Sequence record: OQ411014.1
Strand: one strand, 5' to 3'
Length of the DNA: 64,000 bases
DNA from: Escherichia phage EJP2
In this document: in pieces, positions 56,449-64,000 of the stretch
Numbering within the stretch: position 1 is the first letter of the stretch
Layout of the letters: each line of letters begins with the position of its first letter
The notes under the pieces: model-generated
What the model saw: only the letters and a program-made list of their open reading frames with translations
The model's database searches: none
Told to the model about the DNA's origin: nothing
Program-made: the position numbers and the translations under genes

Positions 56449-57780
56449 ATGTCTACTAACAACGACCTGCTGAACATCAAACTGTCCCCAAAACAAGCTA
56501 AAGCTGCTATGGAAGCTGCTGACCTGTGCCGCGATAGTCTGATGATTTGGGGTGCACCTGGTATCGGTAAATCCGCAATTGCACGTCAATACGCTGATGA
56601 GAAATATCCACTGCGTAAAGACAACGTTGGTCGTATCGCATCTCTGAACAATCGTATTGCTCAAGAAACTGATGCTGATGAGAAGAAAGCACTAGAACGT
56701 GAACTGGCTTCACTAGAATCCAAACTGATTGATCAAGATACCAACTTCATTGACTTCCGTCTGTCTCAGATTGAACCAACTGACTTACGTGGTATCCCAG
56801 TTCCAGAAAAACTGTTCCGTTCTACTAACGGTAACCTGTTGAAAGAATCTGAACTGGCTGAAGCGAAAGAGTACGTAGCTGAAACCGCAGTAACTTGGGC
56901 TGCTCCTAAAGTACTGAAACTGGCTGACGATTGGAAAGGTGTGATTCTGTTTGATGAAATCAACTCCGCAATGCCGATTGTACAAGCAGCGTCCTACCAG
57001 CTAATTCTGGACCGTTGTGTTGGTGAAATGAAACTACCATCTACTGCACTGATTCTTGCAGCAGGTAACCGTGACGGTGACGGCGGTGTAACTTTCACCC
57101 TAGCTACTCCACTGCGTGACCGTATGACTCACATTGAAGTCACTCCGAATCACACTGACTGGATTGATGACTATGCAATCAACAAGCGTCTGAACGCAGC
57201 GACTGTAGCATTCATCAACAACACTGGTAGCAAGTACTTCAACACGCTAGACCCGAACAACCCAAGCCATGCTGGTGGTACTTCTCCACGCTCTTGGGAA
57301 AAAGTAGCCGAGTACGAAGATCTGAATCAAAAAGGTCTGTTGACTAAAGAAATCTACCGTGCTATGATTGCTGGACGTGTTACCGATGGTATCGCAGTTG
57401 AGTACATCGAGTTTGTTGAGAACGTTGCATCTCTACCAGATACCATGAAGATTCTGACTGGTGAGATCAAAGAGATTGATAAAGACTTGGATATTTCTTC
57501 CAACTACTTCATCACTCTGAACCTAGTGTACAAGATTATCGCACTCTTCGAAGAGAAGAATGAGAAACGTCTAAGTGCAGAAGAGTGGAACCAAATGGCG
57601 AATAACTTCGTAGTGTTCCTAGACCACAACTTCTCTGCAACACAAGGTGAGTTGGCAGTACTAGCAATTCGTAACATTACTATCGCAGGTGTTACTATGT
57701 CTTACAACGATGTTCCAGCGTTCCAGCCGTTCGTAAAACGCTACATGGGTCTAGTTCGTAAAGCACGTGCACTGAAGTAA
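56449..57780 (+). CDS. MoxR-type AAA+ ATPase (AAA_5-like)
   Basis: Walker A GAPGIGKS; Walker B VILFDEINSA; LILAAGNRDG sensor; LATPLRDRM; CTG-rich codon usage unlike neighbouring genes. Confidence 0.8.
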   Translation: MSTNNDLLNIKLSPKQAKAAMEAADLCRDSLMIWGAPGIGKSAIARQYADEKYPLRKDNVGRIASLNNRIAQETDADEKKALERELASLESKLIDQDTNFIDFRLSQIEPTDLRGIPVPEKLFRSTNGNLLKESELAEAKEYVAETAVTWAAPKVLKLADDWKGVILFDEINSAMPIVQAASYQLILDRCVGEMKLPSTALILAAGNRDGDGGVTFTLATPLRDRMTHIEVTPNHTDWIDDYAINKRLNAATVAFINNTGSKYFNTLDPNNPSHAGGTSPRSWEKVAEYEDLNQKGLLTKEIYRAMIAGRVTDGIAVEYIEFVENVASLPDTMKILTGEIKEIDKDLDISSNYFITLNLVYKIIALFEEKNEKRLSAEEWNQMANNFVVFLDHNFSATQGELAVLAIRNITIAGVTMSYNDVPAFQPFVKRYMGLVRKARALK

Positions 57781-57790
57781 TAACTCAAAA

Positions 57791-57817
57791 GGAGGCTGAA
57801 TAATCAGTCTCCTTTTT
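57791..57817 (+). terminator. hairpin ggaggctga/tcagtctcc followed by T5
   Basis: 9-bp stem with one G-U pair; may attenuate between the two module genes. Confidence 0.6.
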
Positions 57818-57840
57818 AAACAAACCGAGGAAATCATATA

Positions 57841-59253
57841 ATGAGTAAATTCAATAATTTGTCTACTAAACTTCCCGATTCAGTTTTGCAAGAATGTAAT
57901 GAACGTATGGTACTAGCTCGTACTTCACTGATGCTCTCTAAACCATTCTTTGGTGTTTTGGCATCTCGTCTTCGCCCAGTACCGAATGATACTTGGTGTC
58001 GTACGATGGCAGTAGATGGCAAACACTTGTACTATAACGTAGAATTCGTTATGGGTTTACAAGACCAAACTAAACGTGCACAATACGAAGAAGCACTAAA
58101 AGAATCAATCGACGATATCAGTACTGAACAAATCAATGACGTACTGAACGGTCTATCTGACCAGAACCTGATTGCTGTACTGTGTCATGAAATTCTTCAC
58201 TGTGCTTATGACCACTTCTTGCGTCGTGGTATGCGTGACCCACAACTGTTCAACAAAGCTGCTGACTATGCAATCAACCAGATTCTAGTTCGTGAAAACA
58301 TTGGTAAGATTCAGTCTTCTTGGTTGTACGACAAGAAATATGACGGAATGACCGCTGAAGAAATCTATGTTCTTCTTGAAGAAGAGAAGAAGAAAGAAGA
58401 GCAAGAAAACGGTGGTGGTGATGGCGACGGTGATGGTTCCGATGACCAAGATGGCGATGGTGACGGAAACAGCAACGGTGGTGGTAAGAAGAAAGGTAAG
58501 AAAGGTAAAGGCGGCACAATTGACCAGCATGACGTACCACAAGAAGGTGATGGTGAAGTAAGTGATGCCAAGCGTCGTGAATATATGGAAGATTTCAAAA
58601 CTGCAATGATGAACGCAGCACGTGCTGGTGGTACTCCAGCAGAAATCGAACGTATGATTGACTCCTTCACTAAACCAAAAATCGACTGGCGTTCTAAACT
58701 ACAACGTACTATGCGTTCTTGCATGAAGTCCGATGTAATTTTCTCTAACCCAAGTCGTCGTTCTTGGAGTACGGGCTTCGGTCACAGTGGTTCTTTCTTT
58801 GGTTCTCCTATCTTCCCAGGACTGAAACCAGATGAAGATATTGATATTGCAATTGCACTTGATGCGTCAGGTTCTATCAGTAATGATATGTTGCGTGACT
58901 TCATCAGTGAAGTGATGGGAATCACCAAACAGTTCAAACAGTTCAAGATTCGTATTATGACTTTTGATACTAAGGTTTATACTGTTCGTGATTATAAAAC
59001 TGGTGAAGAGAAGAAGATTCTAGAATATCCAGTTCATGGAGGTGGTGGTACTGATTTCCAAGCAGTTTGGGATCATATGCGTGATGACAACTACCGTCCA
59101 AAACAACTCGTAATGTTCACTGATGGTGAGCCGTGGGATTCCTGGGGTGACGAAAACTATTGTAAGACTCTTTTCGTAATCCACTCCAACCCTGAAAAGA
59201 TTGCACCATTCGGTGAAACCGTACACTACGAGTACGAAGCGAAGCAACACTAA
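57841..59253 (+). CDS. HExxH metallopeptidase-like domain plus vWA domain protein (DUF2201-like architecture)
   Basis: HEILH motif; G/D and K/G low-complexity linker; MIDAS-like DASGS in IALDASGSIS; 470 aa. Confidence 0.7.
   Translation: MSKFNNLSTKLPDSVLQECNERMVLARTSLMLSKPFFGVLASRLRPVPNDTWCRTMAVDGKHLYYNVEFVMGLQDQTKRAQYEEALKESIDDISTEQINDVLNGLSDQNLIAVLCHEILHCAYDHFLRRGMRDPQLFNKAADYAINQILVRENIGKIQSSWLYDKKYDGMTAEEIYVLLEEEKKKEEQENGGGDGDGDGSDDQDGDGDGNSNGGGKKKGKKGKGGTIDQHDVPQEGDGEVSDAKRREYMEDFKTAMMNAARAGGTPAEIERMIDSFTKPKIDWRSKLQRTMRSCMKSDVIFSNPSRRSWSTGFGHSGSFFGSPIFPGLKPDEDIDIAIALDASGSISNDMLRDFISEVMGITKQFKQFKIRIMTFDTKVYTVRDYKTGEEKKILEYPVHGGGGTDFQAVWDHMRDDNYRPKQLVMFTDGEPWDSWGDENYCKTLFVIHSNPEKIAPFGETVHYEYEAKQH
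58381..58515 (+). repeat. low-complexity tract within the CDS (E/K-rich, then GDGDGDG, then G/K-rich)
   Basis: encodes EEKKKEEQENGGGDGDGDGSDDQDGDGDGNSNGGGKKKGKKGKGG. Confidence 0.8.
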
Positions 59254-59261
59254 TATAAATA

Positions 59262-59298
59262 ATGCGTAAGTTCAGGATGTTCTTACGCATTTTATTTT
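59262..59298 (+). terminator. hairpin atgcgtaag/cttacgcat followed by T-rich tract
   Basis: perfect 9-bp stem, 11-nt loop. Confidence 0.65.
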
Positions 59299-59316
59299 GA
59301 GATATCATAAGAAATT
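59287..59316 (+). promoter_or_regulatory. sigma70-like promoter TTGAGA-N18-TATAAT with TGTGA
   Basis: ttgaga 59287-59292, tgtgatataat 59306-59316. Confidence 0.55.
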
Positions 59317-59358
59317 GTGATATAATATGAGTACAATAAACAATACATGGAGTGTATT

Positions 59359-59589
59359 ATGAGTGAACAAAACCAAGAACAACTAAGCATTGAAATTGAA
59401 GATATCATCAATGCAACCAAAATCATGGAAGCAGCAATCAAAGCGGGTGCTTTCGGTGTTGAAGACTTAGTAAAAGTTGCACCAATTGTTGACCGTTTCA
59501 TCAAGTTCAGTAATGCAATTATTGAACAACACAACAAAAATGTTGAAGCTCAAGAAGCGGCACAAAATGGAGGTACTGACCATGAGTAA
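59359..59589 (+). CDS. hypothetical protein
   Basis: start at ATG 59359 with ggag RBS downstream of promoter. Confidence 0.45.
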   Translation: MSEQNQEQLSIEIEDIINATKIMEAAIKAGAFGVEDLVKVAPIVDRFIKFSNAIIEQHNKNVEAQEAAQNGGTDHE

Positions 59590-60232
59590 GATTATCCGTC
59601 ACCAAGGTGTAGTTCGTAGTACTGGTTCCCGTGTGTTCGTTCTATGGCGACACATTCCTGATGATATCAACCACTGCCTAGTCATTTATCGTGACTCTAT
59701 TCCTGAAGTTTATATGCATACAGTGAATGAACTTGTAATGAATCAAGGTCAGAAAAGCGTTGAACTATGGGAAGTGATGGATAAAGTTGGTTATCTTGAT
59801 AATCGTAAAATGCTTGATGTTCTACACAATCTAGGTTATATTCGTAAGCAACGTACATGTGACATTGACATGCACGTGGGTGGTGGTGCGAAAGTTGCAC
59901 TCGACGAACTAAATGCTAGTATTCTTGAAGAGCGTATCCATCAAGATGGTAAAGTCAAAGACTTCAACCCATTTGATGCAAATGCACAAGACAGTACTGC
60001 TGAACGTGGTACAATCGTTGATAAACTAATTGCAGATGCAGAACAGTATCTACGTCTTCATGAAGAAAATCTTGAACGTGCTTATAACATCGACCCATCT
60101 CGTCGTCCAGTAGTTGAAGCGGCTGGTGAAGAAGATGATACCACATTCTCTATCGTTCTTGAGAAAGGCGTTTCCCAAGCGAAAGCAATTGAAATCGTCA
60201 AAAAAGCACTAGCAGCACAAAAGGCAAAATAA
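59582..60232 (+). CDS. hypothetical protein
   Basis: start at ATG 59582 (ATGA overlap); 216 aa. Confidence 0.45.
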   Translation: MSKIIRHQGVVRSTGSRVFVLWRHIPDDINHCLVIYRDSIPEVYMHTVNELVMNQGQKSVELWEVMDKVGYLDNRKMLDVLHNLGYIRKQRTCDIDMHVGGGAKVALDELNASILEERIHQDGKVKDFNPFDANAQDSTAERGTIVDKLIADAEQYLRLHEENLERAYNIDPSRRPVVEAAGEEDDTTFSIVLEKGVSQAKAIEIVKKALAAQKAK

Positions 60233-60233
60233 T

Positions 60234-60530
60234 ATGACTCGTGATGAAATCATTCAAATGATTCTCACTGAGCGTAATCGTCAAACAGAGAATCCAAACA
60301 CTGTTTCTGACTTACACAAAACCAAAAATGATTGGGCTGCTTTGGCAGCCTATTATTTGTTTGAAGGTGCAAGTCGTTCCGATAAACATGTATCTTTCGA
60401 AGAGTTTCGTAGTTCTCTAGTTCAAACTGCTGCCGTCATTATTGCAGCACTAGAAACCAGCTATGCTCATGAGAATGAAACGGTTCGAGATTTACTATCT
60501 CAACTGGAAAATAAAGATGACAAGCAATGA
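60234..60530 (+). CDS. hypothetical protein
   Basis: 98-aa ORF. Confidence 0.45.
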   Translation: MTRDEIIQMILTERNRQTENPNTVSDLHKTKNDWAALAAYYLFEGASRSDKHVSFEEFRSSLVQTAAVIIAALETSYAHENETVRDLLSQLENKDDKQ

Positions 60531-61107
60531 GTTACAACTTGCTCTTAGTGATCTAGATAATGTATGTTATAGTGGCGGTGCTAAAGGGGCAGACCGCCTC
60601 TTTGGTATCTGGGCTACTGAAAATGGTTTTCAAGAAGTACATTTCTCTTTCAAGAAACATAATTATGTTGTAGATGAAAGTACTATCATTGAAATTCCAG
60701 ATTCGATTCTACAGGATAGTACTGTAATCGATAAACTCAAGAAAGCGAACTACTCTTTAGGAAGAAGTATTCCAAAGAAAGGTTCTTATGTTTATAATCT
60801 ACTTGCACGTAATACGTTTCAAGTTCTTCTTACTGAACGTGTGTATTGCATCAGTCCTTTAGCATCACCAACAACCGTTTCAGGTGGTACAGCATGGGCT
60901 GTTCAAATGTACATTGACCAGTACGAGAATCCTGTAATTTACGGTTATGACCCACTTCGGAAAGAAGCATATCAGTACTGTAATACTAAGAAAGAATTCA
61001 TTACAGTTGATTCTGTTCCAGCACCTACTGGTAAATGGACAGGTATTGGTTCACGTGAAACTACAGAGAATCACATGCAAGCATTCGTTAGTTACTTCAG
61101 GAGTTGA
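60517..61107 (+). CDS. Rossmann-like nucleotide-processing protein (SLOG/LOG-like, tentative)
   Basis: YSGGAKGADRLFG and SPTTVSGGTAWAVQ resemble the glycine-rich LOG/SLOG motifs; start at ATG 60517. Confidence 0.3.
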   Translation: MTSNELQLALSDLDNVCYSGGAKGADRLFGIWATENGFQEVHFSFKKHNYVVDESTIIEIPDSILQDSTVIDKLKKANYSLGRSIPKKGSYVYNLLARNTFQVLLTERVYCISPLASPTTVSGGTAWAVQMYIDQYENPVIYGYDPLRKEAYQYCNTKKEFITVDSVPAPTGKWTGIGSRETTENHMQAFVSYFRS

Positions 61108-61373
61108 TGATGAGTGATGAGTGTGATAATTGCGATTACCGTTATGAATCAGGCCACAGAGACGGATATGAGCAAGGTTGTAAAGACTCCAGTTCGGAAA
61201 ATTACGAACAAGGTTATAAAGATGCAAAAGACGAAGGTGCTAGAGAATTAGATGATCAATTAGCGAACATGAGTTCGAACTTCTCTAGTGTAATACGAGA
61301 TTTAGTTGCAAGGAATAAGCAACTACAGCAAGAAATTTATGAGATAAGGAAATCCAATGCAACAGCTTCATGA
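61104..61373 (+). CDS. hypothetical protein
   Basis: 89-aa ORF, ATGA overlap. Confidence 0.4.
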   Translation: MMMSDECDNCDYRYESGHRDGYEQGCKDSSSENYEQGYKDAKDEGARELDDQLANMSSNFSSVIRDLVARNKQLQQEIYEIRKSNATAS

Positions 61374-62289
61374 TTTATATTCAAAAGTACTAAACGAAGG
61401 TGTCACATCAGAAGACCGTACTGGTACTGGTACTATCAAACTGATTGGTCAACAAATGCGTTTCGATTTGAAAGAAGGCTTCCCAGCGACAACAACGAAA
61501 CGTCTAGCATGGAAAGCAATGACTTCTGAACTGTTGTGGTTCCTCGAAGGTTCACAAAACGAACGTCGTTTATGTGAAATTCTACATGGTACTACTGACC
61601 CAGAGAAACGTACAATCTGGACTGGTAACTATGAGAATCAAGGACAGAAACTTGGATACGTCAATGGCAATCTCGGCCCTGTTTATGGTAAACAATGGCG
61701 TGAGTGGGAAGATGTAGTTATCCTTCCTGGTGTGTACACTGAAGTAGTAAAACATACTGAAATGGGTTACAATCTAGTTGAACGTACTACTAGTGGTATG
61801 TATGTAATGCAACGTACTATTGACCAGATTGCAGTACTGGTTGATGGTTTGAAGAATGATCCAAACGGTCGCCGCCACATCCTATCTGCATGGAACGTTG
61901 GTGATTTAGATAAGATGGCACTACCACCTTGTCATAGTTTTGTTCAGTTCTTTGTGGTTGATGGTAAGCTAAGTTGCTCACTATATCAACGCAGTGCAGA
62001 TCTCTTTTTAGGTGTACCATTCAATATTTCAAGTTATTCTCTACTAACTCATATGCTTGCACAAGTGTGTGGTTTGGATGTTGGTGAGTTCATTTGGAAT
62101 GGTGGTGACTGTCACATTTATCTAAACCACATCGACCAAGTTCGTGAACAATTGTCACGTGAACCAAAAGAATTACCACAATTGTGGTTGGATGAAAATA
62201 TTACTGATATTGATACATTTACAATGGATTCGTTCAAACTTCTGAACTACAATCCTGATTCAGTAATCAAAGCACCAATGGCAGTTTAA
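61357..62289 (+). CDS. thyA: thymidylate synthase (ThyA family; dUMP hydroxymethylase not excluded)
   Basis: DRTGTGT, GPVYGKQWR, SAWNVGDLDKMALPPCH, LSCSLYQRSADLFLGVPFNI, GGDCHIY closely parallel E. coli ThyA; active-site Cys and Asn conserved. Confidence 0.85.
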   Translation: MQQLHDLYSKVLNEGVTSEDRTGTGTIKLIGQQMRFDLKEGFPATTTKRLAWKAMTSELLWFLEGSQNERRLCEILHGTTDPEKRTIWTGNYENQGQKLGYVNGNLGPVYGKQWREWEDVVILPGVYTEVVKHTEMGYNLVERTTSGMYVMQRTIDQIAVLVDGLKNDPNGRRHILSAWNVGDLDKMALPPCHSFVQFFVVDGKLSCSLYQRSADLFLGVPFNISSYSLLTHMLAQVCGLDVGEFIWNGGDCHIYLNHIDQVREQLSREPKELPQLWLDENITDIDTFTMDSFKLLNYNPDSVIKAPMAV

Positions 62290-62292
62290 TGC

Positions 62293-62326
62293 CAAAATAA
62301 AAGGAGCCTAATGGCTCCTTTTTTAT
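62293..62326. terminator. bidirectional hairpin aggagcc/ggctcct flanked by A-tract and T-tract
   Basis: sits between convergent thyA (+) and the minus-strand fibre gene. Confidence 0.8.
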
Positions 62327-64000
62327 TATCTGTATGTTATGATGACACGACCATTAAAGCGAACATCTGGTGTTGCCGGAATGGACAGTACTGCATTAGT
62401 AGGGGAGATAGATACACTATCAACTTCTACTAGGTTGTAATTAGAACCAACTAGTTCTTGAACTACGATTGACTGAATGTTAGTACCTGTGATAGTATAA
62501 GTGTAATATGAACCACTTAATACCCAAGAACTTGTAGTAAATGATTGTTCAACACCACCACCACTTACAGTAGTCCATTGACCATTTGACTTCTGCATTA
62601 CAGTGTTACGTTGAGTACTGTAAGCAATCATACCATCTTCACCCACAGCGTTGTCTATTGGATTAAGTTTAGGAAGACCAATACCATAACGGTTGAACTT
62701 AGTTCTTACTGCTGCTCCATCATTAATTGTCATATCACCAAAAGCTGTCATGTCTAATTTTAGATTACCAGTAATTTGTGATATTGCTGTTGCAGTTGTT
62801 GCATGTTCAAATGTCAAAATTCCTGCTGGCATCATGTTAAGATTTTTGAATCTATTACTTGAACCATTGAAAGTTGTAGTTGTTTGAAAAGCACTATTCG
62901 CATTAACAACGAGAGTATCAGTATTTGTGTCACCGAGAATTGTATTCCCCTTAACTGTCATATTAGCATCAGTAATAACTGCTCCGTGGAATTCAGTACT
63001 GGCATCTTTGAACTCAACTTGGTTCTTATTTGCAATACTAACGGTCATGATATTATTGATTGCACTTAGACCAACGTTCGCTGTATTACCAGTACCTTGG
63101 AATTGTAATGCAGGAGCAGTTGTTGGGTTAACGTTAGCTGCTTGAATTACAATAATACCAGTTGGGTTGATTCTAAATTTCTCAACTCCTGAAGTACTGA
63201 AACCCATTGTTCCGGTTGCTTGGTGGAATATACCAGTTTTAGTATCAGTCCATTGTGTTGGGTCAATACCAGTATTAGTTACTGGGTCATATAATGCATC
63301 GTTAAATGCAATTGCTGGTTCAGTAGCAGAGCCATATACAACACCTAAACGTCCTTTACCTGCACCACCCTTGTTCATAGAGTCACCTGTGCGACGTAGA
63401 GCACCTAGAGCGGACGCATCGATAATAGACTGTACGGTACTATCATCACCTTCAAAACCGCGTCCTGAGCTATCTAGGAGCGTACTATCATACATTACAG
63501 TACTTGCAAGAATACTTACACGGCTGTTACGTAGGCGTTGTGCACGAGTACCGTTAAGGATTACCCAGTCACCATCGGTTAATGCTCTTTCTGTTGCTGG
63601 AGTTGCAGTGCTGACAAATGCATCAGTTAATTCGGTATCTTCAGCAAGGGAAGTTAAACCACCATGACCTGCTGGAACTGGAGTGATAATACGTCCGAAT
63701 GCGGATGTTACTTGACGAGAACCAGGAACGGTTGGGTTCGAATCTAGGTAGTACTTTATTTGTAACCAGTTACCTTGTCCACTAGGGTTTGTTGGTGTGA
63801 AAATAACCGAAGCTGCTGCTGTTGGGTTTGCATTGAAGTGAGTTTGTGCAGCATTCATAATACCACGAACGATATAGTACTCACCTGAGTTTGCCGTTGT
63901 TGGTGTGGGGAGTGGGGTATACACACCTGGGGTTAATGGTGGATCAATATCATCAGATAATGGGGAATATGTACCCACATAATGTAGCCCTGCTAATATC
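62326..64000 (-). CDS. tail fibre / tail spike-like protein, 3' part (N-terminus lies beyond the window)
   Basis: only minus-strand gene; S/T/G/N-rich with beta-helix-like repeats; ORF open to the window edge. Confidence 0.55.
   Translation of the reverse strand, partial: ILAGLHYVGTYSPLSDDIDPPLTPGVYTPLPTPTTANSGEYYIVRGIMNAAQTHFNANPTAAASVIFTPTNPSGQGNWLQIKYYLDSNPTVPGSRQVTSAFGRIITPVPAGHGGLTSLAEDTELTDAFVSTATPATERALTDGDWVILNGTRAQRLRNSRVSILASTVMYDSTLLDSSGRGFEGDDSTVQSIIDASALGALRRTGDSMNKGGAGKGRLGVVYGSATEPAIAFNDALYDPVTNTGIDPTQWTDTKTGIFHQATGTMGFSTSGVEKFRINPTGIIVIQAANVNPTTAPALQFQGTGNTANVGLSAINNIMTVSIANKNQVEFKDASTEFHGAVITDANMTVKGNTILGDTNTDTLVVNANSAFQTTTTFNGSSNRFKNLNMMPAGILTFEHATTATAISQITGNLKLDMTAFGDMTINDGAAVRTKFNRYGIGLPKLNPIDNAVGEDGMIAYSTQRNTVMQKSNGQWTTVSGGGVEQSFTTSSWVLSGSYYTYTITGTNIQSIVVQELVGSNYNLVEVDSVSISPTNAVLSIPATPDVRFNGRVIITYR

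Noticed and set aside
58274-58724. Minus-strand ORFs antisense to the vWA gene linker region
   Set aside because: Generated by the low-complexity GD/KG tract on the sense strand; His/Arg-rich nonsense products without start context.

Overview
This window is a gene-dense, almost entirely plus-strand segment of a large myovirus-type phage genome (roughly 37-40% GC by eye). All protein calls rest on motifs read by eye and recalled family signatures; no database search was run. Recognisable content: nucleotide and NAD metabolism (NadV, anaerobic RNR NrdD/NrdG, thymidine kinase, thymidylate synthase-like, dNMP kinase, CDA-fold deaminase, Nudix), T4-type accessory genes (PIN-PhoH, GroES-like co-chaperonin, glutaredoxin, T4-lysozyme-like endolysin, spanin pair), a structural block (tail sheath, two tail-tube paralogs, fibre-like paralogs), RNA-repair-type enzymes (RNA ligase-like, CCA-adding enzyme, 2H phosphoesterase), a macro-domain protein, a zinc-less Sir2, an HslV-like peptidase, and a MoxR-type AAA+ ATPase followed by an HExxH plus vWA protein. 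No tRNA, rRNA, CRISPR, integrase or transposase was recognised. Three signals stand out: (1) the palindrome AGTACT, usually as CAGTACTG, is over-represented more than 10-fold in all codon phases; (2) a strongly promoted MoxR / HExxH-vWA two-gene module; (3) an ORF-free, structured region of about 690 bp with its own promoter and terminator, a candidate ncRNA. A recurring promoter type (TTGAGA-N18-TATAAT with TGTGA upstream of the -10) and many hairpin terminators are also listed.
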